From assembly GCA_015065335.1 (NCBI GenBank), contig SVQM01000001.1:4-64003 (forward strand): a stretch of DNA of 64,000 bases. Reading direction: 5' to 3'. A model generated the notes under the pieces. The model ran no database searches and was not told where the DNA came from. It saw nothing but the letters and a program-made list of their open reading frames with translations. A program made the position numbers and the translations under genes. Source of the stretch: Oscillospiraceae bacterium. Lineage in GTDB: Bacteria; Bacillota; Clostridia; Oscillospirales; CAG-272. Positions 19,743-30,042 of the stretch are shown here, piece after piece. Numbering within the stretch: position 1 is the first letter of the stretch; each line of letters starts with the position of its first letter.

Positions 19743-21175
19743 AGATAGTTTTTGCAGCAAGTGAAGCCGCACCCTTTATAAAGACAGGCGGACTCGGTGA
19801 TGTAGCTGAAGCACTTCCCATTGCTCTGTCGGAATATAAGGGTAACGAGGTACTGCTTTTTCTGCCCTATTATAAAAGTATTAAAAACAATCCTTCCATT
19901 GAAGTGGAGGAGGTAGCGATATTCGAGACAGCTCTGTCATGGAGACAGGCATACACGGGACTCTACCGTCTTAAGAGCAGAAAGCGCAAGTTCAAGGTGT
20001 ATTTCATAGACAACGAGCAGTATTTTGCAAGAGAGGCCACATACGGCTCCTTTGATGACGGAGAACGCTTTGCGTTCTTCTCCAAGGCTATACTTGAGTC
20101 ATTGGTGCAGATGGGCGAATGTCCCGATATAATTCACTGCAACGATTGGCAGACAGCACTTGTGCCTACGTTTCTTCATGCATTTTACGGAGAGGCACTT
20201 GGCAAGGCTAAGACAGTATTCACTATCCATAATATCGAATATCAGGGCTGGGCTGATCCTTACTTTATCGGTGATGTCATGGGACTTTCCTCGGAGTACG
20301 AGAGTCGATTTATGTACAACGGCTCCGTGAACTTCGTCAAGAGTGCGATACTTTCCTGTGATGCACTCAGCACCGTTTCCCATACCTATGCAAATGAGCT
20401 GTGCTATCCGTATTTTGCTCACGGACTGTCACAGATAATAAGTGATCATTCCTTCAAGATGTGCGGAATAGTCAACGGTATCGATGTTGCAGGTAATGAT
20501 CCTGCGACTGATAAGAATCTGCCCGAGAATTACAGCGCAGACAGCGTGAAAAAGGGCAAGGCTGCTTGTAAGGCTGCACTTCAAAAACAGCTTGGACTTC
20601 CCGAGAGAGAAGATGTGGCTCTTGTCGGTCTTGTCTCACGTCTTGTGGGACACAAGGGACTTGATATCATGTGTGCAGGAATAGATGAAATGATGTCACG
20701 TGACATTCAGTTCGTCATTCTCGGTACGGGAGAAGAGCTTTACGAAAAGAAGTTCAGTGAGGCGGCAGAGCGTTATCCGGACAAGCTTTCGCTCAATCTT
20801 TGCTTCAACCGTGCTCTCGCTTCGCAGATATATGCGGCGTCCGATATCTATCTGATGCCATCCAAGAGTGAGCCCTGCGGTATATCTCAGCTTCTTGCTA
20901 TGCATTACGGTACAGTTCCCGTGGTGCATGAGACAGGCGGTCTTAAGGATACCGTCATTCCCTTCAACGCCGAGACCGGAGAGGGACTTGGCTTTACCTT
21001 CCAAAGCTTCAACAAAGAAGATATGCTTGATGCTCTTTTCCGTGCACTTGATATGTACGAGAACGATAAGGAAGCATGGAGCACTGTCATAAATAACGAT
21101 ATGACTGAGGATTTTTCATGGGAAAAGCCCGCAGGCGAATATATGGAGCTTTACAAACAAATAATAAGCGCATGA
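19739..21175 (+). CDS. glgA: Glycogen synthase (GT5)
   Basis: KTGGLGDV motif at the N-terminus. ATGA overlap with the glgD stop. Confidence 0.95.
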   Translation: MKIVFAASEAAPFIKTGGLGDVAEALPIALSEYKGNEVLLFLPYYKSIKNNPSIEVEEVAIFETALSWRQAYTGLYRLKSRKRKFKVYFIDNEQYFAREATYGSFDDGERFAFFSKAILESLVQMGECPDIIHCNDWQTALVPTFLHAFYGEALGKAKTVFTIHNIEYQGWADPYFIGDVMGLSSEYESRFMYNGSVNFVKSAILSCDALSTVSHTYANELCYPYFAHGLSQIISDHSFKMCGIVNGIDVAGNDPATDKNLPENYSADSVKKGKAACKAALQKQLGLPEREDVALVGLVSRLVGHKGLDIMCAGIDEMMSRDIQFVILGTGEELYEKKFSEAAERYPDKLSLNLCFNRALASQIYAASDIYLMPSKSEPCGISQLLAMHYGTVPVVHETGGLKDTVIPFNAETGEGLGFTFQSFNKEDMLDALFRALDMYENDKEAWSTVINNDMTEDFSWEKPAGEYMELYKQIISA

Positions 21176-21213
21176 ATAAAAGTGACAGCGCGATAAACAG
21201 GAGAACCCAATAG

Positions 21214-23622
21214 ATGCAAAAGAAACACGAAGAATTACTGACCAGACTTAACGAAACCTCTGCCCGCCTTTTTTCCTGCAATCTTTCCGAGACCACGGAT
21301 AAGCAGGCTTATAAGGTTCTTTGCACTCTCCTCAGAGGAATGCTTGCGAAGAAGAGAAAGGAATATAAGGATTCCTACAAAGAGACGGACAGAAAAAAGG
21401 TGTACTATATGTCCATGGAATTTCTGGTCGGTACATCTCTGAGAAATAATCTCTACAACCTCGGTCTTGAGAAGGATTTCAGACAGGTAATGAAATCTCA
21501 GGGCTTTGAAATAGAGGACCTTTACGCACTTGATCCCGATGCGGGACTCGGCAACGGAGGACTTGGCAGACTTGCTTCATGCTATATGGACTGCCTTACG
21601 GGAAATGACCTTCCCGCTACCGGATTTTCGATCCGCTATGAGTTCGGTATCTTCAAGCAGAAGATAATCGATGGATGGCAGGTGGAATTCCCGGATAATT
21701 GGCTTGAGCGAGGCGAAGTATGGCTTCAGCCGAGATACGACGAGAGCTATGAGGTGAAATTCGGCGGTAAGGTAAGAGAGTGGATCGACAACGGACAGTT
21801 CCGTGTAGCACAGACCGATTACCAAAGTGTAATTGCCGTACCATACGATATGTATATTTCGGGCTATGACTGCAAAGCTGTAAATAAGCTTGTGCTCTGG
21901 AGCGCAAAGATCCCGAGCTTTGATATGGGTGCATTCTCCCGCGGCGAATATCTTCGTTCACTTGAGCAGAATACCATGGCAGAGGTCATATCAAAAGTCC
22001 TTTATCCGGCAGATAATCATATAGAGGGTAAGAGACTCAGACTGAAGCAGCAGTACCTGCTTGTCAGTGCATCACTGCAGAGCATTCTTGCCGAGCATCT
22101 GAAGAAGCACGACAGCCTTAATGATCTTGCGGATTTTGTGGCTATCCACATCAACGACACTCATCCCGCACTTTGTGTTCCCGAGCTTATGAGACTTCTC
22201 ATGGATGAGCACGGATTCGGTTGGGATGAGGCATGGGCGATAGCTGAGAAGACTCTTTCCTATACAAATCACACGGTAATGAGTGAAGCGCTGGAGCGTT
22301 GGAGCATTTCTCTCTTTGAGGAGCTGTTTCCGAGAGTCTATGCGATCGTCAGGGAAATAGACCGCCGATTCAGAGAAAAGGCGCTGGCGTTCTATCCGGG
22401 AGACTTTGACAGAGTAAATCATATGGCGGTGATCGGTGACGGTGAGGTCCGCATGGCAAATCTTTGTCTTGCTTGCTGTCACAAGATAAACGGCGTATCA
22501 AGGCTGCACAGTGATATACTCACCGACAGCATTTTCAAGGATTATTATCAGATGGATAATAGCCGTTTCTGCAACGTGACCAACGGTATCGCATACCGTC
22601 GCTGGCTCTGTCAGTCAAACCCCGAGCTTACCTCATATCTTACGGGACTTATTGGTAAGGGATTCCTTAAGGATGCGTGTGCTCTCGAAGGGCTCATGGA
22701 GTATAAGGATGACATGGGAGTGCTTGACGAGCTTGCACGTATAAAGCTTTCTAATAAGCGCCGTCTTGCAGCATATATTACGGATAAGAACGGTGTGAAC
22801 GTCGATCCGAGCTCCATCTTTGATATACAGATAAAGAGACTGCACGAATATAAGCGTCAGCTTCTTAACGTGCTTCAGATACTTGATATGTATAACTATA
22901 TCAAGTCCCATCCGAATGAGAAGTTCACTCCCAGAACCTTCATCTTTGCGGCTAAGGCATCTGCAGGCTACGATATGGCAAAGCAGATAATCAGCCTTAT
23001 TACCGCAGTATCGGAGTTCCTCAGCTCCGATCCTACTGTACGGGATAAGCTGAAGGCGGTATTCATTGAGGATTACAGAGTATCTCTTGCGGAACTTATC
23101 GTTCCTGCGGCGGAGATATCCGAGCAGATATCTATTGCCGGTAAGGAAGCATCCGGAACAGGTAACATGAAGCTCATGATCAACGGTGCGATCACTCTCG
23201 GTACTATGGACGGAGCAAACGTTGAGATATTCGAGCAGGTCGGACGTGAGAATATGTTCCTCTTCGGAATGAATGTTGATCAGGTAAACGAGCTTTGGAG
23301 ACGTGGGTATGATCCAAGAGAATTCCTTGCGGCTGATCCCGAGCTTTCCGCTGTTATAGATATGCTTACATCGGGAGTACTCGGCCGTCGCTTTGACGAT
23401 ATTGCCTCATCTCTTCTGACAAACCGCTTTGGAACTGCTGACGGATATATGACCATTGCCGATTTTGCCGACTACCGCAGAGCACAGCGTGAGGTTGGTG
23501 AGACTTATCTTGATAAATATAAATTTATGCAGATGTCTCTTGTTAATATTGCGAAGGCAGGATTCTTCTCAGCCGACAGATCGGTAATGGAATATGCCGA
23601 GAATATCTGGAATATAAAATAA
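21214..23622 (+). CDS. glgP: Glycogen/maltodextrin phosphorylase (GT35)
   Basis: 802 aa. PLP-lysine region EASGTGNMKLMINGA. Confidence 0.95.
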   Translation: MQKKHEELLTRLNETSARLFSCNLSETTDKQAYKVLCTLLRGMLAKKRKEYKDSYKETDRKKVYYMSMEFLVGTSLRNNLYNLGLEKDFRQVMKSQGFEIEDLYALDPDAGLGNGGLGRLASCYMDCLTGNDLPATGFSIRYEFGIFKQKIIDGWQVEFPDNWLERGEVWLQPRYDESYEVKFGGKVREWIDNGQFRVAQTDYQSVIAVPYDMYISGYDCKAVNKLVLWSAKIPSFDMGAFSRGEYLRSLEQNTMAEVISKVLYPADNHIEGKRLRLKQQYLLVSASLQSILAEHLKKHDSLNDLADFVAIHINDTHPALCVPELMRLLMDEHGFGWDEAWAIAEKTLSYTNHTVMSEALERWSISLFEELFPRVYAIVREIDRRFREKALAFYPGDFDRVNHMAVIGDGEVRMANLCLACCHKINGVSRLHSDILTDSIFKDYYQMDNSRFCNVTNGIAYRRWLCQSNPELTSYLTGLIGKGFLKDACALEGLMEYKDDMGVLDELARIKLSNKRRLAAYITDKNGVNVDPSSIFDIQIKRLHEYKRQLLNVLQILDMYNYIKSHPNEKFTPRTFIFAAKASAGYDMAKQIISLITAVSEFLSSDPTVRDKLKAVFIEDYRVSLAELIVPAAEISEQISIAGKEASGTGNMKLMINGAITLGTMDGANVEIFEQVGRENMFLFGMNVDQVNELWRRGYDPREFLAADPELSAVIDMLTSGVLGRRFDDIASSLLTNRFGTADGYMTIADFADYRRAQREVGETYLDKYKFMQMSLVNIAKAGFFSADRSVMEYAENIWNIK

Positions 23623-25466
23623 TGCGAATCTTATATAACAGCAAGGATCCGAATTTCAAATCCCCCTTCGGTACTCTTACCGAAGGGGAAAATTGCAGGA
23701 TATCCATTCATATACCATGTAGCTGTAAGACCGTAAAGGTGAAGCTTGTATTTCTGTCTGATGATATGAGCGAATATTGCTTTTTCGGTATGAATAAAGA
23801 TGTCGTGACCGATGATTACGATATCTACACCACAGAGTTTTCACTTGACAGTACAGGCCTTTACTTCTACTATTTTCGTATAGCTACGGAAAATGAGGAG
23901 TTCTCTCTTTACAGAGAGGGCTACGACATGACTAACATGGAGGCGGGTGAGCTATGGCAGCTTTCCTGTGTTCCCGGCGATTTTGTTCAGCCCTCCGATT
24001 TTTGCGGCAGGGTAATGTATCAGATCTTTCCCGATCGTTTTCACTCGTCGGGGAAGTGCGATACGGAAGGAAAGCTTGCTCCGTTCTATATCCATCCGAA
24101 TAAACATGATCTGCCCTGTTATCTGCTGAATGAAAAAGGCAAGGTCACAAATTCCGACTTCTTCGGCGGTAATCTTCGGGGAATTACCGAAAAGCTTGAT
24201 TACCTGAAGTCACTGTCTGTGGGTGTGATCTATCTGAACCCGATCTTTAAGGCATACTCAAATCACAGATATGATACCGCTGACTATATGAAGATCGATG
24301 AGCTCCTCGGCACCGAGGAGGATTTTCGCCTGTTGTGCAGTGAAGCACATAAGAGAGATATAAAGATAATCCTCGACGGTGTTTTTTCACACACGGGCAG
24401 TAACAGCCGATACTTCGATAAAGAAGGAGTATTCGGCGGCGGTGCATATCACGATAAAAATTCTCCGTACTTTAATTGGTATGAATTTCAGGATTATCCC
24501 AAAGAGTATACCTCATGGTGGGGAGTGGAAACACTTCCTTGTGTAAGGGAGATGGATGAGAGCTATCTCAGATTCATTATCGGGGATGAGGACAGCGTCG
24601 TGGCACATTGGCTCCGTGCAGGTGCCGACGGCTTCAGGCTGGATGTGGCGGATGAGCTTCCCGATGAATTTATTGCAATGCTTCGGAAAAGACTGAAGGA
24701 GATCGATCCCGACGCACTTCTTCTCGGTGAAGTGTGGGAGGATGCCTCAAATAAGATGAGCTACGGATGCCGCAGACGGTATTTTACAGACGGAGAGCTT
24801 GACAGTGTAATGAACTATCCCTTCCGCCGTGCGATCATTGATTACATATGCGGAGCAGATGACGGCAGAGTGCTTGCTGAAACTGTAATGACTATAGCGG
24901 AGAACTATCCCCGAGGTGTATTTGGTATGCTTATGAATATGCTCTCTACTCACGATACCCCGAGAATACTATCCATACTTTCTCCTGAGTCATATCCCGA
25001 GGATAAGTCACAGGCGGCAGGATATCGTATGTCGGACAGTGCAAGGAGCATAGCGGAGAGACGACTGCGTCTCGCTGCCTTTATACAGTTTACCCTGCCC
25101 GGTATGCCATGCATATACTACGGCGACGAGATAGGTACTGAGGGGCTTGCAGATCCCTTCTGCCGAGGATATTTTGATTGGGACAGAGCAGAGGAGAATT
25201 CTCTCCTTGACTTCTACAGATCACTTTCAAAGCTTCGCACCTGCGAGAGTGCACTTATGTGTGGCGATGTTTCTATGGAATACCTCGGAGGCGGCTTGAC
25301 GGTGTTGACCAGAACCGCTAATGAGGAAACTTGCCGTGGGTATTTTAATACAGGCACACCTGTAAGTGTTGACCTTTGCGGTAAATGTCTGTTTTCCGTA
25401 GGTGCAATTTCGGCAGACGGGAAAATACAGCTTGATACCTACGGTGCCGTGCTTATACGACTGTAA
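23622..25466 (+). CDS. GH13 alpha-glucan hydrolase (neopullulanase/amylase-type)
   Basis: GH13 conserved regions DGFRLDVADE, LLGEVWED and STHDTPR. TAATG overlap with glgP. Confidence 0.85.
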   Translation: MRILYNSKDPNFKSPFGTLTEGENCRISIHIPCSCKTVKVKLVFLSDDMSEYCFFGMNKDVVTDDYDIYTTEFSLDSTGLYFYYFRIATENEEFSLYREGYDMTNMEAGELWQLSCVPGDFVQPSDFCGRVMYQIFPDRFHSSGKCDTEGKLAPFYIHPNKHDLPCYLLNEKGKVTNSDFFGGNLRGITEKLDYLKSLSVGVIYLNPIFKAYSNHRYDTADYMKIDELLGTEEDFRLLCSEAHKRDIKIILDGVFSHTGSNSRYFDKEGVFGGGAYHDKNSPYFNWYEFQDYPKEYTSWWGVETLPCVREMDESYLRFIIGDEDSVVAHWLRAGADGFRLDVADELPDEFIAMLRKRLKEIDPDALLLGEVWEDASNKMSYGCRRRYFTDGELDSVMNYPFRRAIIDYICGADDGRVLAETVMTIAENYPRGVFGMLMNMLSTHDTPRILSILSPESYPEDKSQAAGYRMSDSARSIAERRLRLAAFIQFTLPGMPCIYYGDEIGTEGLADPFCRGYFDWDRAEENSLLDFYRSLSKLRTCESALMCGDVSMEYLGGGLTVLTRTANEETCRGYFNTGTPVSVDLCGKCLFSVGAISADGKIQLDTYGAVLIRL

Positions 25467-25492
25467 ATAATCTAAAATATTATGGGGGTTTT

Positions 25493-27487
25493 ATGGCAGA
25501 AAGATCTAAAAAGAGAATTTTGAAGATAGACCCGTATTTAAGTCCCTATGAGAATGATATTGAGGTGCGTCATGCACTGATAAATAAGAAAAAACGTGAG
25601 CTGTGCGGTAAGGGTGGAGATCTGTCATCCTTTGCCAACGGCTATATGTACTACGGCTTTCATAAGGTCGACGGTGGGTGGGTGTACAGAGAATGGGCAC
25701 CTGCGGCAGAGGCAATGTTCCTCACCGGTGATTTTAACGGATGGGACACTTACGGATGTCCTATGCAGAGAAAGGGAAGCGGTGACTTTGAAGTATTCCT
25801 TGAGGGCGACGATGCGCTCAGGTATGGACAGAAGATTCAAGCGATAGTAGTACACAACGGCAAAACGCTCCGTCGTATTCCGCTTTATGCCACAAGGGTA
25901 GTCCAGGATAAGACGACCTACACATGGTGTGCCGAGCTTGAGGATACTATGGGTGATTTCCCGTGGACGGATGCCGATTTTTCACCTGAGAAAACACCAC
26001 TTATCTACGAGAGCCATATAGGTATGGCAACCGAGGAATATAAAGTGGGCAGTTATCGTGAGTTTATCGATAATGTTCTGCCTCGTATCAAGGAGATGGG
26101 TTATAATACCCTTCAGCTTATGGCTATCATGGAGCATCCTTATTATGCTTCCTTCGGTTATCAGGTGTCGAATTTCTTTGCTCCCTCATCAAGATACGGA
26201 AACAGCCGTGAGCTGAAGGAGCTTATCAACCGTGCGCACGAGCTTGGTATAGCAGTCCTGCTTGACGTAGTCCATTCCCATGCCATAAAGAATACGGAAG
26301 AGGGGATCTGCGAATTTGACGGTACGGTGTACCAGTTCTTCCACGAGGGAGAAAGGGGAGATCATTCTGCCTGGGGCACCAAGCTCTTTAACTATGGAAA
26401 GGGAGAGGTTCTTCACTTTCTTCTGTCCAATCTGAAATATTGGCTTGAGGTGTTCCATTTTGACGGATTCCGCTTTGACGGAGTGACCTCGATGCTCTAC
26501 CGAGATCACGGTCTCGGCAGTGCCTTTACCGATTACGGAATGTATTTTTCCGAGAATACCGATACGGATGCCGTCACCTATTTGGGACTTGCCAATCTTC
26601 TGATCCATAAGGTAAAGCCCACAGCCATCACCATTGCAGAGGATATGTCGGGAATGCCCGGTATGTGTCTTCCGGTATCAGCAGGTGGAATCGGCTTTGA
26701 TTACAGGCTCTCTATGGGAGTTCCCGATATGTGGATAAAGATGCTTAAGGAGTATCGGGACGAGGAGTGGGATATTTACAAGATATGGTATGAGCTTACC
26801 ACAAGACGTCCCGGGGAAAAGAATATCGGTTATGCAGAGTCCCACGATCAGGCACTTGTGGGCGACAAGACGATAATGTTCCGTCTCTGTGATGCCGAGA
26901 TGTATACGAGCATGAGTAAATTCACTCCGAGTGCGATGATAGACAGAGGAGTGGCACTTCACAAGATGATACGCCTCCTGACATCGTCTCTTGCGGGCGA
27001 GGGGTACCTTAATTTTATGGGTAACGAATTCGGCCATCCCGAATGGATAGATTTCCCACGTGAGGGGAATGGCTGGAGCCATCACTACTGCCGCAGACAG
27101 TGGAGCCTTGCCGATGACACGAACCTTCGGTACGGCGAGCTTTTAGCCTTTGATAAGGCGATGCTCGACTTGATAAAAAACGAGAGAATACCGGAGAAAA
27201 AAGCCGAGAATAAGTGGATGCATGACGCCGATAAAATTATAATATATACTGTAGGAGATACGGTGTTTGCGTTTAACTTTAATCCCGAAAAGTCATTTGA
27301 GGGTTATTTCGTTCCCGTAAACAGATCGGGAAAGTATAAAGTGATCTTGTCTACCGATTCTGCCGAATTTGGTGGTGCCGAACGTGTTGATGAGAGTATG
27401 AGCTACAAAACCATTACTCTAAAAGATACTCGTAAGGGATTTTACTGTTATCTCCCGTCAAGGTGCGCAGTGATTTTTAAGAGGTAA
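25493..27487 (+). CDS. glgB: 1,4-alpha-glucan branching enzyme (GH13_9)
   Basis: DVVHSH, DGFRFDGVTSM, IAEDMSG and ESHDQALVGDK motifs. Confidence 0.95.
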   Translation: MAERSKKRILKIDPYLSPYENDIEVRHALINKKKRELCGKGGDLSSFANGYMYYGFHKVDGGWVYREWAPAAEAMFLTGDFNGWDTYGCPMQRKGSGDFEVFLEGDDALRYGQKIQAIVVHNGKTLRRIPLYATRVVQDKTTYTWCAELEDTMGDFPWTDADFSPEKTPLIYESHIGMATEEYKVGSYREFIDNVLPRIKEMGYNTLQLMAIMEHPYYASFGYQVSNFFAPSSRYGNSRELKELINRAHELGIAVLLDVVHSHAIKNTEEGICEFDGTVYQFFHEGERGDHSAWGTKLFNYGKGEVLHFLLSNLKYWLEVFHFDGFRFDGVTSMLYRDHGLGSAFTDYGMYFSENTDTDAVTYLGLANLLIHKVKPTAITIAEDMSGMPGMCLPVSAGGIGFDYRLSMGVPDMWIKMLKEYRDEEWDIYKIWYELTTRRPGEKNIGYAESHDQALVGDKTIMFRLCDAEMYTSMSKFTPSAMIDRGVALHKMIRLLTSSLAGEGYLNFMGNEFGHPEWIDFPREGNGWSHHYCRRQWSLADDTNLRYGELLAFDKAMLDLIKNERIPEKKAENKWMHDADKIIIYTVGDTVFAFNFNPEKSFEGYFVPVNRSGKYKVILSTDSAEFGGAERVDESMSYKTITLKDTRKGFYCYLPSRCAVIFKR

Positions 27488-27540
27488 GCATCGGGGTAGT
27501 ATAAAAGAATAACTGATCGCCTCAATTTTTACAAGAACAC

Positions 27541-27575
27541 AAAAAGAGTCTTGATTGATCAAGACTCTTTTTTAT
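27541..27575 (+). terminator. Intrinsic terminator of the glg operon
   Basis: AAAAAGAGTCTTGAT-TG-ATCAAGACTCTTTTTT. Confidence 0.75.
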
Positions 27576-27811
27576 CCCGTAACCGATGATTAACTGAGTA
27601 TGACGTAAAATCATTTTTACTTTCATAATATGAATACAGAGAGGGATTATTACAGAGATAAAAGCCGAAATTGCAAAGATACCGAGATGATCATATCATA
27701 ATACGAAGAAGTGTGCGTTCTGTTGCTTTTTGCAAATCATACCTTCTGAATTTTTTCAAACATATTGCTTTTTCTATAATTATATGGTATTATATAATAA
27801 GAAAAGAGATC

Positions 27812-27922
27812 ACCGACGAGCTTAATTTATCGGAAATTACCATTAAGACTTACACGAGGACTCTGTACGGAAAGCTTTGCATCTGTTCGCGTGAAGAACT
27901 TTATGCACTGCTTCTCAAATAA
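27812..27922 (+). pseudogene. Remnant of a LuxR/GerE HTH (C-terminal half only)
   Basis: EITDELNLSEITIKTYTRTLYGKLCICSREELYALL aligns with the second half of the HTH of the 5950 and 32234 regulators. No LTxRE part and no plausible start codon or RBS. Confidence 0.5.
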
Positions 27923-28165
27923 ATATAAAATAAGTCTTTATTGTACGGTAGATCTGCTCTGCCGTCTTTTTTGTTTACGGATCACAGAGAGTGATCTATC
28001 TGAAAGCTTTATTTCTTTCGATGAAGGAGAAGTTTGAAAACAAAACCTGTGCAAAACTAAGATCTTCTGTTTTCAAACGCCGTTTGTGCCTTGCCTCGCA
28101 AAAGCGAGCTCGGCATTTTCCTTCGGAAAAACGACACAAATGCAAAGAAAGGCATGGTCATAATT

Positions 28166-28453
28166 ATGAGAAAAGCAAAATCAAACGGAAACTTTTTTCT
28201 CTGCCTTTTTGTAAATATGATATTCAATCTTGAATGGACTATCCCGGCGTGGATCTTGCTGATACTGCATTTTTGGCTTGGATGGTCAATATGGTGGTTC
28301 TGGCTTGCCCTCGGAATTTGGCTTATAAGTATACTTTTGTGGATGGGTATAATGAGTTGGGCTGCAAAGTGCGGAAACGAGAAAGATCCTCCGAAGAAAA
28401 ATCTGAATCCCTATTCCAAAGGAAATGACAAATACAAGAAAAACAGGGACTGA
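28166..28453 (+). CDS. Small Trp-rich membrane protein (about 3 TM), unknown function
   Basis: MRKAKSNGNFFLCLFVNMIF...WILLILHFWLGWSIWWFWLALGIWLISILLWMGIM. An alternative in-frame ATG at 28154 would give MVIIM.... Confidence 0.55.
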   Translation: MRKAKSNGNFFLCLFVNMIFNLEWTIPAWILLILHFWLGWSIWWFWLALGIWLISILLWMGIMSWAAKCGNEKDPPKKNLNPYSKGNDKYKKNRD

Positions 28454-28595
28454 ATAAACAGAATATGCAAAAAGAATAACGACGATTCTCGTGTGTCTTG
28501 GATTGTCGTGATGTGTAATATTTGCAAACCGATCGGGCAGTGACCGATAAACATAAACTGAGATAATAATTAACTAATTTGAAAGGAGTTCTATT

Positions 28596-30008
28596 ATGGG
28601 ACTTATTAAAGCAGGACTTGGAGCACTTGGCGGAACACTTGCGGATCAGTGGAAGGAATTTTTCTACTGTGACTCACTTGATTCCGATACCCTGATGGTT
28701 AAGGGAGAAAAGCGCACAGGAAGCCGTTCTTCCAACACAAAGGGAAGCGATAACGTGATCTCCAACGGATCGGGAATTATCGTAAACGACGGTCAGTGTA
28801 TGATGATCGTGGAGCAGGGTAAGATCGTAGAATTCTGCGCCGAACCCGGTGAATTTACATATGATACTTCATCCGAACCCTCTATCTTTGCAGGCTCATT
28901 CGGTGAGAGCGTTAAAAATACCTTTAAGACTATCGGCAAGAGATTCACCTACGGCGGCGACACCGGCAAGGATCAGAGAGTGTACTACTTCAACACCAAG
29001 CAGATCCTTGATAATAAGTTTGGTACCGCTACCCCAATTCCTTTTCGAGTAGTCGTAAACGAGGCGATGGGATTCAAGCTGTCCGTTGATATCCGTTGCA
29101 ACGGTGTATATGCATACGAGATCACGAATCCTATGCTGTTCTACACAGAGCTTGCAGGAAACGTGGCTGACAGCTACACCCGAGATATGCTTGATCCAAC
29201 CCTGAAGGCAGACTTCCTTGATGCACTTCAGCCTGCGATCTCCGGACTTGCGGCACAGGGAATCGAGTATTTCGAGATCCCCGGAAAGACTGCCGAGATC
29301 CGCAATGCCATCAACGAGGCACTCCGTGCAGAGTGGGTGGATACAAAGGGTATCTCCATCGGCAAGATCAGCATTAACTCTCTGTCAATTCCCGATGAGC
29401 AGAAGAAGAAGATCACCGAGTGGGAAGAGAACGCAATGACCACCAATCCCATGGTGGCAGGCTCCAGACTTGTTGGTGCTCAGGCTGATGCAATGCGTAC
29501 CGCTGCTGCAAACGAGGGCGGTGCCATGGCAGGCTTCATGGGCATGGGAATGGCGATGAACGCAGGTGGAATGAATGCACAGAATCTTTTTGCAATGGGA
29601 CAGCAGCAACAGGCTGTACCTAATCCTGCAGCTATACCCAATCCGGCTACCGATGCTATGGGCTGGAAATGCGCTTGCGGAGCAGTTGCTACGGGTAAAT
29701 TCTGTCCCGAGTGCGGTGCGAAGAAGCCCGAGCCTCAGTCAGGCTGGAAGTGCTCCTGCGGTGCTACGGCTACGGGCAAATTCTGCCCCGAATGCGGATC
29801 ACCGAAGCCTGCGGATGAGGCAGGCTGGACCTGTTCCTGCGGTGCAGTGAACAAGGGTAAGTTCTGTGCAGAGTGTGGAGCGAAGAAGCCTGCGGGAGCA
29901 CCTCTCTACCGTTGCGATAAGTGCGGCTGGGAGCCTGCAGACCCCAAGAATCCTCCGAAATTCTGCCCCGAGTGCGGTGATACCTTTGATGAAAACGACG
30001 CAAAATAA
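28596..30008 (+). CDS. SPFH/Band-7-like protein with C-terminal zinc-ribbon repeats (YdjI-like)
   Basis: The N-terminus MGLIKAGLGALGGTLADQWKEFFYCDSL is recalled as typical of the SPFH (PF13421-type) family. The C-terminus has four CxxC...CxxCG ribbons. Confidence 0.7.
   Translation: MGLIKAGLGALGGTLADQWKEFFYCDSLDSDTLMVKGEKRTGSRSSNTKGSDNVISNGSGIIVNDGQCMMIVEQGKIVEFCAEPGEFTYDTSSEPSIFAGSFGESVKNTFKTIGKRFTYGGDTGKDQRVYYFNTKQILDNKFGTATPIPFRVVVNEAMGFKLSVDIRCNGVYAYEITNPMLFYTELAGNVADSYTRDMLDPTLKADFLDALQPAISGLAAQGIEYFEIPGKTAEIRNAINEALRAEWVDTKGISIGKISINSLSIPDEQKKKITEWEENAMTTNPMVAGSRLVGAQADAMRTAAANEGGAMAGFMGMGMAMNAGGMNAQNLFAMGQQQQAVPNPAAIPNPATDAMGWKCACGAVATGKFCPECGAKKPEPQSGWKCSCGATATGKFCPECGSPKPADEAGWTCSCGAVNKGKFCAECGAKKPAGAPLYRCDKCGWEPADPKNPPKFCPECGDTFDENDAK
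29661..29903 (+). repeat. Three tandem 81-nt (27-aa) zinc-ribbon repeats inside the SPFH gene
   Basis: GWKCACGAVATGKFCPECGAKKPEPQS / GWKCSCGATATGKFCPECGSPKPADEA / GWTCSCGAVNKGKFCAECGAKKPAGAP, with unit boundaries at 29661, 29742 and 29823. Confidence 0.9.
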
Positions 30009-30042
30009 ACAAAATATCAAAAAAGTTACGGAGGTGTTTTGA

